A stretch of 64,000 nt of DNA from a virus: positions 1 through 64,000 of IMG/VR virus record IMGVR_UViG_3300049893_000899; one strand, written 5' to 3'. A program made the position numbers and the translations under genes. The notes beneath the pieces were generated by a model. The model had not been told where the DNA came from. It did no database searches and saw nothing but the letters and a program-made list of their open reading frames with translations. Below, piece after piece: positions 29,513 to 38,379 of this stretch. Numbering within the stretch: position 1 is the stretch's first letter; each line of letters opens with the position of its first letter.

Positions 29513-30194
29513 AGGTTTATTTGCAAATAGAGAAGGATTAGTAAAGTTGCAGTCTTCAATTAAAGACTGCTTAGGAGAAAACGAGGGAGGAGTAGCTAAG
29601 AAAGAAGAGGATGGAGATATTTTGTATAGCATTGAAGACCTTATGTCTAATGTTAAGATAACTAAATCCAAGCCAATATTGAAGCCTAAGAAGGACTTTT
29701 ACTTCTCAAGGATATTTAATACTGAAACAGAAATAAACTTCCTTGTAGACGCTCCAAATAGTTCAAAGAAGTTAGTTAAAGCTTTGGAGTTTAAATTCCA
29801 TGACTTTACTCTTTATGAGCAGTGTAGCGGTAAATACGTTTTACTTAGAGGGGTTATTACCTTATTGTCTTCAAAGACAGGAGATGTTCTTTGTTTTACA
29901 ATGAATCTTAATAATGCCCTTCAATCTCAACTGTTTGAAGCTTTGGTTAATATAGGTCAGTCTGTGTCTGGTCCTTTGGTTATGTTTGTTTCTGAAGACG
30001 AGAAACATATAAGCATAAAACAGCCAGGAGCAGATTATATTACTTACTCTATTGAGACAGACTTAATACAGCAGACTAATAAGGTTATTGTAAAGAACGA
30101 TCTTATAAGTAGAATGATCCCTAAGAAGATCAAACACAAAAGCAGGTACTTTGTCCCTGAAAAAGACAAAGGTTTTGTTAGATTAATAGTTTAA
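29499..30194 (+). CDS. Hypothetical protein
   Basis: 231-aa coupled ORF. Confidence 0.6.
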   Translation: MIAFKGLFANREGLVKLQSSIKDCLGENEGGVAKKEEDGDILYSIEDLMSNVKITKSKPILKPKKDFYFSRIFNTETEINFLVDAPNSSKKLVKALEFKFHDFTLYEQCSGKYVLLRGVITLLSSKTGDVLCFTMNLNNALQSQLFEALVNIGQSVSGPLVMFVSEDEKHISIKQPGADYITYSIETDLIQQTNKVIVKNDLISRMIPKKIKHKSRYFVPEKDKGFVRLIV

Positions 30195-30200
30195 AACAAA

Positions 30201-30992
30201 ATGATAATATTAATAGATGGAGACATCCTTGTTTACAGATTTGCCTATGAAGGCAAGAAACAAGAAGAGCAACCATTGTTCTCTGCTTCAGAAACAAAGA
30301 CTCTTGAAGAGTGCTATGAAAACGTAGACAAGTTCATGGAAAATCTTAAAGCTGAAGTTCCTTCTGTTGGTTATATCGGTTATCTTTCTTGTAAAAGAAA
30401 AGATACTTTCAGAGTTCCAATATCTCAGTCAAGAGAATATAAAGGCAACAGAAAGACAGAGCCTCCTAAATATTACACAGAAATAAAGCAATACTTTATT
30501 GAGAAGTATAACTTTATTCAATTGAAGCAGATAGAAGCTGATGATGCATTATCTATAAAAGGAACTGAACTATATCCAGATTGTATAATATGTAGTACAG
30601 ATAAAGACCTTAGACAGATAAAAGGAAATCATTACAATCCTAATACAAATGACTTCTTTAGAACAACAGATGATGGCCCATCTAGGTTATTGTTGAAGCA
30701 ATTAGTGACAGGCGATTCTACTGACAACATTGAAGGGATAAGAAAAAGAGGTCCTAAAGCAGCAGAAAAGATAGTACATGATAACTTAGATATAGAACTC
30801 ATACCTCAGGTAATATTGAACGAATATATTGCTGAATACGGATTGGAAGAAGGTATGAGAAGATTCTCTGAAACATATCTATTAGTGTATCTATTAAGAG
30901 AAAATAGTTTTAACGAAGAACTTGGAGAAGTTACTTATTGGAATAAAAATGGAAGAACAACAGAACAACCAGAAGAAGGATTATTCTTTTGA
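30201..30992 (+). CDS. 5'-3' exonuclease / flap endonuclease (T7 gp6 / PolA N-terminal-like)
   Basis: IDGD, YKGNR, EADD, DKDLRQ, GDSTDNIEG, GPKAA. Confidence 0.92.
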   Translation: MIILIDGDILVYRFAYEGKKQEEQPLFSASETKTLEECYENVDKFMENLKAEVPSVGYIGYLSCKRKDTFRVPISQSREYKGNRKTEPPKYYTEIKQYFIEKYNFIQLKQIEADDALSIKGTELYPDCIICSTDKDLRQIKGNHYNPNTNDFFRTTDDGPSRLLLKQLVTGDSTDNIEGIRKRGPKAAEKIVHDNLDIELIPQVILNEYIAEYGLEEGMRRFSETYLLVYLLRENSFNEELGEVTYWNKNGRTTEQPEEGLFF

Positions 30993-31656
30993 AATTAAAG
31001 AAACAACAGATTTCTTAGACTTAATTGTAGCATCAACTATGATACTAAGAGCCGGAGAGTCAGAGCAGACTATGGAAGACTTCATAAAGGAGAATAATAT
31101 TCCAGGCATTCCTGACATTGAAAAGATATATGATAAGTTGATGTACTTGTCATTATATGAAGGAAGATCTATCTTGCATACGACAACAGGAATGTTTAGA
31201 AAAACATTCGGAGTGCCTATGTTTGAAGAATTAAACCTTCAAGATGAAGTTCAAGTTGACAACATCAAGAGAGATGCTGGATTAATAAGAGAAGAGCTTA
31301 ATGAGTTTCTTGAAGCCCTTGAGAAAAAGGATCATACAGAGATGATTGACGCAGTAGGAGATCTTAGAGTTGTTTTACAGCAATTATGCTTCTCTTGTGG
31401 TTTATCTCCAGAAGTTTTAAATATGATTGACCTTGAGGTTAGTAGATCTAATCAGTCAAAGTTGTTTAAGGATTCAGATGAAGTTCTTGAAGGAAAATTA
31501 ACTTACGAGAAAGAAGGGGTAGGTTGCTTTGTTGAACAGACTTCTGACAATTCTTTTGTGTTAAAGAGAAATTCAGACAACAAAGTTTTAAAGAATAAAG
31601 CTAGTTTCTTTAAGCCTAGCTTTGATTTTTTAAGAACAATTATTAATTTTAAGTAA
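30922..31656 (+). CDS. MazG-like / PRA-PH NTP pyrophosphohydrolase
   Basis: LIREELNEF...IDAVGDL...EVSRSNQSK...KVLK; probable start MEEQQN. Confidence 0.8.
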   Translation: MEKLLIGIKMEEQQNNQKKDYSFEIKETTDFLDLIVASTMILRAGESEQTMEDFIKENNIPGIPDIEKIYDKLMYLSLYEGRSILHTTTGMFRKTFGVPMFEELNLQDEVQVDNIKRDAGLIREELNEFLEALEKKDHTEMIDAVGDLRVVLQQLCFSCGLSPEVLNMIDLEVSRSNQSKLFKDSDEVLEGKLTYEKEGVGCFVEQTSDNSFVLKRNSDNKVLKNKASFFKPSFDFLRTIINFK

Positions 31657-31675
31657 TTATTTAAACAAGATAGAT

Positions 31676-31846
31676 ATGACATCACAAGAATTATTTGCAG
31701 AAATCAATGTTCTTTTTGAACAGCTTCAAAATGAAACAACTAAAAAGAGTAAAGCATCAAAACTTAGAGCAAGAACTAAGTCAGTACAACTAAGCAAGAT
31801 GCTTAAAGAATTTAGAGCTTTATCTCGCAAAGAAAGTAAACAATAA
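31676..31846 (+). CDS. Histone H1-like (Hc1-family) small basic protein, 56 aa
   Basis: Read manually: KSKASKLRARTKSVQLSKMLKEFRALS, like the Bacteroidetes Hc1 motif KAAGTRARK.SL.L.K.LKEFRK.S. Confidence 0.7.
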   Translation: MTSQELFAEINVLFEQLQNETTKKSKASKLRARTKSVQLSKMLKEFRALSRKESKQ

Positions 31847-31852
31847 AAAAAC

Positions 31853-31883
31853 AAAAAGGTTATCGAGAGGTAGCCTTTTTTTT
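31853..31883. terminator. Terminator
   Basis: AAAAAGGTTATC-GAGA-GGTAGCCTTTTT. Confidence 0.7.
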
Positions 31884-31894
31884 ACTTATCAACT

Positions 31895-32557
31895 ATGAAA
31901 CCAACAGAAAAATTATTAGGCTATTATTGGGCTGAAGAGCTCAACGATGTTTTATTGTCTGAAGAAATGAAGACAACATCAAGATATATCTCTGGAAGAA
32001 GAAACTTTGCAAGTGTACTTCCGGAACAACAAGAAGTATTCTCTTTATTCAAAAGACTTCAGCTAAAGAACATTAGAATTGTATTTATATCTGAAGCTCC
32101 AACAAGCACAAAGTCAGCAGCTTCAGGCATAGGATATGCTTCTTTAGATCCGTTTGAAACATATCCTGAAAACAAAGCTTTAATCAATCATATTGAAAAG
32201 AACTTCAAAGATGGCATGTGGTTAACTCCAGATAGAGATTTAAAGGATTTAGTTGCTAATGGAATATTCTTCTTAAACCAAGACTTAACTTGCGAAGAAG
32301 ATAACAGAACGGCTCATAAAGGACTATGGGAATCCTTTACTTCATCTGTTTTGAAGCTTATTGCTAAAGAAGAAAGACCTATATGCTTTATCCTTTGGGG
32401 CCAATCAAATATAGAGTTCTTTGACAAAAATACTAAAGGGTTAGATTTGTCTATTCACAAAGTGTTTAAGAAAGAAGATATCAAAGAAGAGTCCACTTGC
32501 TTAAAAGAAGCTTGCGATTTTGTTGAGAGTTATTACAAACAAAAATTAATAGTATAA
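31895..32557 (+). CDS. Uracil-DNA glycosylase family-1-like protein, catalytically degenerate
   Basis: UNG scaffold (P...VF, IRIVFI, GIFFLN, AHKGLWESFT, FILWG), but GQDPYH is replaced by SEAPTS and HPSP is absent. Confidence 0.75.
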   Translation: MKPTEKLLGYYWAEELNDVLLSEEMKTTSRYISGRRNFASVLPEQQEVFSLFKRLQLKNIRIVFISEAPTSTKSAASGIGYASLDPFETYPENKALINHIEKNFKDGMWLTPDRDLKDLVANGIFFLNQDLTCEEDNRTAHKGLWESFTSSVLKLIAKEERPICFILWGQSNIEFFDKNTKGLDLSIHKVFKKEDIKEESTCLKEACDFVESYYKQKLIV

Positions 32558-33350
32558 ATGAGTAAGGAAAAGACTAAATTAGCAATGATACATCCATTTG
32601 ATAGTAGTAAATCAATGACTGTACTTCATCTACTCCAATCTGAAATATGGTTGAAGCACATGATAGATCAGATTGAATATCAAACAAAAAAGTTTGGATG
32701 GAAGCAGAACAAAGAGTTCATGAACAAGACCAAGAACGCTTTGCAATCTATTAGGTTTTATAATCATTCAATCAGAGTTGACTACAATGATGATGAAATG
32801 TATGAGGTTACAGCAAAAGTGTCAGATCAAATCTGCAAAGTAGTAAACCTTTCATCAGAAGACAGAGCTAAAGTTTATGAACTCATTGAAGAGCTTACAG
32901 GAACGCAAAGTAAGTTCACTACAGACCACACAGAACTAATCAAAGAGTATCTTGGAAAACTAGACGAAGCAAGAGTTAAGTATTCAAAGATAATAAAACA
33001 AGAATGCGTTGGAGCTGTTGTACTTGGAGGTGAGTTCCCTACTGTTGAAGATGCTATCAATGCACATAACATATTAGCTAGGCTAAATGTTACATATCAG
33101 TATCCAGTTAATTTGATTAGTGAAATTAAATAAGGCGGAAATTATGAATTACCAACAGCAATTAAATTCAATACACAGTTATCTTATGTATAAGAAATTC
33201 CCTTATCATAGTTTATCTGTGATACACAGACACCAAGATTTAGGTTTTCACGTTTTCTTTTCGGATGATGTAAAGGAAATGGTAACTGATGAAATTAAAG
33301 AGCATTTAGCTGCTTATGCGTTTCATTGGTCTTTCGTTAAAAGCAATTAA
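32558..33350 (+). CDS. Two hypothetical proteins (32558-33133, 33120-33350)
   Basis: Coupled ORFs. Confidence 0.55.
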
Positions 33351-33368
33351 TATTTAAAACTATGGCAA

Positions 33369-33489
33369 GACTAACGGTTTGCAGATTGGCGTTGTTGCCA
33401 CACAAATGTTTAATTGAAACACTAAATTTAATAATATGGAAAATGATAATTTGAAAACGGAAAGCAATAACGCCAATGTGCTGTTAGCT
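33369..33489 (-). mobile_element. attC-like recombination hairpin A
   Basis: Top strand CTAAC-GGTTT-GCA-G-ATTGGCGTTGTTGC...GCAATAACGCCAAT-G-TGC-T-GTTAG; bottom strand reads ...TAAC...AAACCGTTAG. Confidence 0.7.
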
Positions 33490-33654
33490 GCTGTGCCTGA
33501 TTGTAAAGATATGGATTACGATAAGGTAAGGGCTATCGGCAAGGAAAAGTATTGTATAAAAGGAATAAGCTGTAATTTCTGCGACTTCATGGATAGAGAT
33601 AGAGGTAAAATAAATAGTTGCGTTCAGGAGTATGTCAAAAGGCATTGCATCTAA
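33436..33654 (+). CDS. Cassette gene A (Cys-rich small protein)
   Basis: Starts in the loop of hairpin A; its stop TAA is part of the next TAAC core. Confidence 0.65.
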   Translation: MENDNLKTESNNANVLLAAVPDCKDMDYDKVRAIGKEKYCIKGISCNFCDFMDRDRGKINSCVQEYVKRHCI

Positions 33655-33779
33655 CGTTTTGCAGCTAACCGAAGTTGGCGATTACGAAGCACAAAAATTC
33701 AAATTAAATAAATGTTAAACCGAAGCACAACAGCTCATTTCAGCACTACACCGCCAATCTTGGTTAGGTGCTGTTATAT
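33649..33779 (-). mobile_element. attC-like recombination hairpin B
   Basis: CTAAC-GTTTT-GCA-G-CTAACCGAAGTTGGCG...CGCCAATCTTGGTTAG-G-TGC-T-GTTAT. Confidence 0.7.
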
Positions 33780-33805
33780 GCTGTGCTTCTCAAATCTTAA
33801 TTAAA

Positions 33806-34006
33806 ATGACAAAAGGAACTTTTCAAAAAACAGTAGAAAGTGCAGAATACGATTTTGTTCGTGATAAAGCACAAAGAGAAACGATTGAATTACTTGCTAA
33901 GACTTTGATTGAAGTTAGAAAGCACATGACCGCACACATTCCTGAAAAGGTATTTGATATGGTTGATGATGCACTTTCTAAGTCGGGTTTTCAGCATAGC
34001 ATATAA
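33806..34006 (+). CDS. Cassette gene B
   Basis: Bounded by GTTATATGCTGTGCT and AGCATAGCATATAAC; stop lies in TAAC. Confidence 0.65.
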   Translation: MTKGTFQKTVESAEYDFVRDKAQRETIELLAKTLIEVRKHMTAHIPEKVFDMVDDALSKSGFQHSI

Positions 34007-34025
34007 CTACAATATATACGCAGTT
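34004..34025 (-). other. Recurrent array-end (attI-like) site TAACTAYAATATATACGCAGTT, copy 1
   Basis: 21/22 identical to 37354-37375; a related copy lies at 36049-36070. Confidence 0.55.
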
Positions 34026-34047
34026 AAACAAATAAACAATTAAGAAA

Positions 34048-36039
34048 ATGAAAGAAAAAATAAAAGGCTTTTCCGACCCTAGGCTGGTCGGTAGAGAGGT
34101 GTATGTTAGGGATGTGAAGATGGTTATTAGTAAAATAAATGATAGCCACACAATGTGTATAAAAAAAGAGTACGGTATTAATCGTTCATTTCTTCATGAT
34201 GGAAGGCATACTTCGATTGATTTACTACCTATTTTATCCTTCACACCATACACCGTAGAAATAAATGAAAACGGTCAAGTAACAATCAAAGGCTACTCGG
34301 ATGAAATTGAATTAGAATCAGAGGACAAGCCGAAAGAGGGTGATTGTGGTTGGTTTTGGGATTCTGAATATTGTCGTTATTTTAGGTATGGTACGATTGC
34401 AAGAATAAGCTCTGCTTACTATATTGGTACTGCTCCTTACAAAAACTTCTCAAAAACATGCCCTGAGTGGATTAAAGAAATTGTAAATAAGTAAAATATG
34501 GAAAAAATAAGCGTAAAAGATAATAAAGTTATTTTAACCGTAACGCCACAAGAAACTAATAAGTTCTTAGAAAAGGGTACTATTATTTCATGGAATGAAA
34601 GTATTAATTTCCTCGAAAACTATAAATCTGATGAAATAGTAGATGTTGTTGATAGTAATAGTAAAATTGACTTAGAAGCATCTAAAATGCTAAAAAGAAT
34701 ATCTGAGCTAAATATAGAAAAAGAATTGTTAATTAATAAACTATTAGAAACATGCAAGGAAGAAAAATAAAACACAAAGAAACTGGAGAGGTTTTTATAT
34801 TCTTACAGTTTGAGGCTTCATCTAAGACTTTAGACGACAACAAACAAGTAGTATCATTAGCTGTTATAGTAGAAGATAAAAACGGAAATATTTGTATTTT
34901 CTCAGCTAATGATGTGCAATTCGTAAAAGAAGAGCCTATCAAAACAGAAACAACAGGAATAGACATGATGAAGCATAAAGCGGAATCAATGCCGACCTTA
35001 CAAAATAGCATTGAAGTGTGGGCGTGTATGGATAGAAGTGGATTTGTTAATATTGCAGCAAAAAAGAATTTCTATAAAAATAATGAAATTTGGAGCTCTC
35101 ACGATGAGTTGTTTATGTCAACTAACATAGAAGACTTCATACAAGCATTCCAAGGCTTATCTTGGAACGATGAAGGACCTAAGAAGTTTAGAATTAGTGT
35201 AGAGCCTTTGGGGTAACGAATAAAAGCCGTTTTATTATGGAAAAAACATCATTATGTTGTTAAAATTATTAAAGAGATTATTCAAATCTAAAACAAAATC
35301 AAAAAAAGATTCTAAAACAAAATCAAAAGAAGATGTTTTTATTCTTAGAAAATATTGTAGTGGTTGTGATTCTATTCAAGTGCATCACGATAGCCCTTTT
35401 GAAGAGCCATTTTGTTATAGATGTTATAATAGACAACATGGGTATTAAAAAATAAAAGCCGTTTTACTTAGTAGGACGGTAATGTTAAATTTAAAAGATA
35501 AGATTATGGACAACCTAAAATTGACGACACCATTTGTTCCACAGGAACAAAACACTATCTTTATTATGCAAGATAATGGCACAAGAGAAATTCTAAAGCT
35601 TTGTGGAAACGGAGATATTTTCGTAAAAGGCAGATTAGCAGAAAATGACAAAGAAGTAGTTGATGCTTTAAGAGAGTTTCTCAAAGGGCAAGGCTTATTA
35701 AAATAGCCGATAACAAATAAAAGCCGTTTTACTCGGTTTGTAGTAACTTTAAAATGAAATAAAATGAGCAACACAACATTAAATTTAAACAGCGTGGGTA
35801 CAACTACAAGCGTCAGTCTTTGGTCAACACCTGAAAGAGTAGATGTAATTGAAAACTCTGATAGTATCGAGTTCGTGTATAAAGAAACTTCAATGATTTC
35901 CTACACATCAATTCCAGCACCACCACCACAAGTAAGAGTTTTCAAAATCGTCTTTTCTTGTGTAGATGGCAAGTGGAATAAATCGGAAAGAATTTATGGT
36001 CAAATTGTTCCTGCTGAAAATGAACGATACGTTTTTTAG
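34048..36039 (+). CDS. Accessory ORFs (34048-34494, 34498-34770, 34752-35216, 35254-35448 Zn-ribbon-like, 35482-35706, 35764-36039)
   Basis: Co-oriented ORFs; the last three are each flanked by AATAAAAGCCGTYTTA repeats. Confidence 0.6.
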
Positions 36040-36090
36040 CATTGCCTATAACTATCAGATATGTGCAACAAACAAATAAAAGCCGTCTTA
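35219..36090 (+). repeat. Intergenic 16-bp direct repeat AATAAAAGCCGTYTTA x4
   Basis: Copies at 35219, 35451, 35716 and 36075, one per gene junction. Confidence 0.9.
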
Positions 36091-36106
36091 CTAAACGATT
36101 AAGAAA

Positions 36107-36598
36107 ATGGAAAAAGTATTAGAAAAATTCACTATTGATGATGTGGAGGTTGGTGATGTTTTTCTTCATAAACACAATAAATCAAGATTTACTGTTTCAG
36201 AAAAACATAAAGATAAAGGTTATATTCTTTTAAAAAGTTATGGAGCACTTTGGGCTTTAAGTTTTTACTATTTCGATCTAATTAAAAAAAGTAATAAAAC
36301 TGAAACACAAACAGAGGAACAATTAATAGAACAACAGCCAACCTCAATAAAATCCGTCTTATCAGGTATTGACAAGCTTCTAGAATACAAAGAAAGTAAG
36401 TATGGCAATGCACTAAACAACGATCGTTTAAAAGTGTTTTCTGGTAAATGCAAATTTGGAGATATACTTGACGCAAAACTAAACAGAGTAGCCAACGGAG
36501 AAGAGCTACTAAAGAACGATGTTGTAGATATAGCAGGCTATCTAATCCTAACACTAAGAGAAAAAGGATGGGATGATTTTAGTGAGTTTATGGACTGA
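36107..36598 (+). CDS. Protein with C-terminal DUF1599/Nmad (MazG-superfamily) domain
   Basis: LLEYKESKYGNA...DAKLNRV...DVVDIAGYLIL. Confidence 0.65.
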   Translation: MEKVLEKFTIDDVEVGDVFLHKHNKSRFTVSEKHKDKGYILLKSYGALWALSFYYFDLIKKSNKTETQTEEQLIEQQPTSIKSVLSGIDKLLEYKESKYGNALNNDRLKVFSGKCKFGDILDAKLNRVANGEELLKNDVVDIAGYLILTLREKGWDDFSEFMD

Positions 36599-36622
36599 AA
36601 ATAAGGCTTAAATTTATGAGAT

Positions 36623-36973
36623 ATGACTGAAAAAGAATTGTTAATTGAGTTGTGTAATAATCTTGAAAAAGAACTCAATCAAAGAGATGGAAAGAAAACG
36701 CATAAAGTACAATTACAAAGCGGATTAAAGCCTGAAAACTATTTCGTTCCAATGATGAGCATAGGAATAACAAGAAAATCGTATAATGGTGTTAGTATGG
36801 CTTGGTTTGTTGAAGTGTGGGTTGATGGAAAATGTATATTCAGAGAATCACATGTGCCACACAAAACAGAAAAGCTTGAAATAGTTGAAGGATTTTTGAT
36901 TAAAAGGGTTTTCAGACACATCTTCACATTTGGAGTTATGTCAAGTAAAAAAACCATTGATGAACTTGTGTGA
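36623..36973 (+). CDS. Hypothetical protein bracketed by 20-bp direct repeats
   Basis: ORF track plus flanking repeats. Confidence 0.6.
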   Translation: MTEKELLIELCNNLEKELNQRDGKKTHKVQLQSGLKPENYFVPMMSIGITRKSYNGVSMAWFVEVWVDGKCIFRESHVPHKTEKLEIVEGFLIKRVFRHIFTFGVMSSKKTIDELV

Positions 36974-36996
36974 ATTATGGACTGAAAATAAGGCGG

Positions 36997-37129
36997 CAAT
37001 AACGGTTTGAAGCTATGCTTAGTTGCGGACTTAAATAACAAAATTTTTAATTAACAACAAAATATAATAAAATGGAAAAAGTATCAGATTACAACGGAAC
37101 TCCGCAATTAGGCATAGCTGCAGTTAGCA
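36997..37129 (-). mobile_element. attC-like recombination hairpin C
   Basis: ATAAC-GGTTT-GAA-GCTATGCTTAGTTGCGGA...TCCGCAATTAGGCATAGC-TGC-A-GTTAG. Confidence 0.7.
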
Positions 37130-37356
37130 GCCGTTTTAATTTCGGACAAGAGGTGTGGTTCTTAAATGGACGACACATTATGAATGGTAAGATAGAAGCT
37201 GTTAGAGGGCAGAAACATTGCCTATACGAACACACCGACATTGAATTGGAAGTTTACCATACAAGCGGTGAAATAGGGTGTAAGTTTTGGGTAAAAGATG
37301 AAGATTGTTTTGAAAGCAGACAAGCGTTGATAGATGCGGTCTTAAATGGCTGCTAA
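37072..37356 (+). CDS. Cassette gene C
   Basis: Starts in the loop of hairpin C; cassette ends GTTAGCAGCCGTTT / AAATGGCTGCTAAC; stop lies in TAAC. Confidence 0.65.
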   Translation: MEKVSDYNGTPQLGIAAVSSRFNFGQEVWFLNGRHIMNGKIEAVRGQKHCLYEHTDIELEVYHTSGEIGCKFWVKDEDCFESRQALIDAVLNGC

Positions 37357-37375
37357 CTATAATATATACGCAGTT
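37354..37375 (-). other. Recurrent array-end (attI-like) site, copy 2
   Basis: TAACTATAATATATACGCAGTT. Confidence 0.55.
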
Positions 37376-37425
37376 CAAACTAAATAAGGCGGCAATAACT
37401 GCCGTCTTACTAAAAATAAATTATC

Positions 37426-37812
37426 ATGAGCGAATTTAGAATAGATTACTTTGAACTTATGTTCTTAGCAGAATCAGTATCACCAAAAGGACCTATTGCA
37501 CGGTCAATGTGCTTTGATAGCTTCTCTGATAAGCACTACCACCACATGAATGAGGGACAACGATTGCAGTTCTTTAATTACGTGCAAAAGCAACCTTACT
37601 TTACACTAGAAGACGAGCAATGCAGGCACTTTTACGCAAGATTTAATCCACAGAATCAATACAAAGTTTCTTGCTTCTACGATGGAAAGGCACAAACAGT
37701 AGATTGCTATAGATTTGAAGACGAGTATAGGGTATCTAGGAATAGATTTATAAATAGTGACTACATTAAAAGTATCGTTAGGGTTTACGATGGAGTGGTT
37801 ATCAAGCAATAA
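37426..37812 (+). CDS. Hypothetical protein
   Basis: ORF between AATAAGGCGGCAATAA repeats. Confidence 0.6.
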   Translation: MSEFRIDYFELMFLAESVSPKGPIARSMCFDSFSDKHYHHMNEGQRLQFFNYVQKQPYFTLEDEQCRHFYARFNPQNQYKVSCFYDGKAQTVDCYRFEDEYRVSRNRFINSDYIKSIVRVYDGVVIKQ

Positions 37813-37852
37813 GGCGGCAATAATTGATGTCTTACTTAAATAATATTAATCT

Positions 37853-38341
37853 ATGGCAAATATTTGTGATGTATACGTTGAGTTCTACAACGTGAAAGAT
37901 GAACAAAAACATCTTATTACTGAAGAAAACTTCAAGAATGAAGAAATCAAAACAAACAACGACGGTTGGGTTGATATAGAGTTTGTTAATGAAGGACTAA
38001 ACACGTTATCTATGTCCTCAGCGTGGTCAGCTCCTATTTCTTGGTTTGAAGGTTTTTGCGCTGAACATGGCTTAGATGGAAGAATGTATTTCTATGAGCC
38101 TGGATGTTGTTATCATGGATATGCTGACGTTACAGATGGCCACATTCAAACAACATACTATGATAATAATTTTGAATATCTTTACCTACATAATAACGAA
38201 GGCTTCTGGGATGAAGTAAATTATTTCTTAGAAGAAGATATGCTAGAAGAAGAAGAATGGAATGAAAGAGTTCTTAAGTATATTTCTCTTGAAGATAAGA
38301 AAACATTAATTGAAATGATTGAAAAACAAAAAAAGGGATAA
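37853..38341 (+). CDS. DUF1281/YubB-like ferredoxin-fold protein
   Basis: MANIC...SAWSAP...YEPG pattern. Confidence 0.6.
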   Translation: MANICDVYVEFYNVKDEQKHLITEENFKNEEIKTNNDGWVDIEFVNEGLNTLSMSSAWSAPISWFEGFCAEHGLDGRMYFYEPGCCYHGYADVTDGHIQTTYYDNNFEYLYLHNNEGFWDEVNYFLEEDMLEEEEWNERVLKYISLEDKKTLIEMIEKQKKG

Positions 38342-38363
38342 CTTCGGTTATCCCTTTTTTTTT
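38328..38363. terminator. Bidirectional terminator at the convergence of the two transcription blocks
   Basis: A-run, GGGATAAC-TTCG-GTTATCCC, T-run. Confidence 0.9.
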
Positions 38364-38379
38364 ACAAGACCAACGCTTA

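Larger units (their letters stand above)
36588..37823 (+). repeat. Direct repeats flanking inserted genes (TTATGGACTGAAAATAAGGC x2; AATAAGGCGGCAATAA x3)
   Basis: 36588-36607 and 36975-36994; 36986-37003, 37382-37399 and 37808-37823. Confidence 0.9.

Noticed and set aside
33369-37129. Reading the hairpins as terminators, REP elements or IS/MITE ends
   Set aside because: No U-tails, loops of 60-70 nt containing start codons, arms that differ between copies while TAAC/GTTA cores persist, and no transposase.
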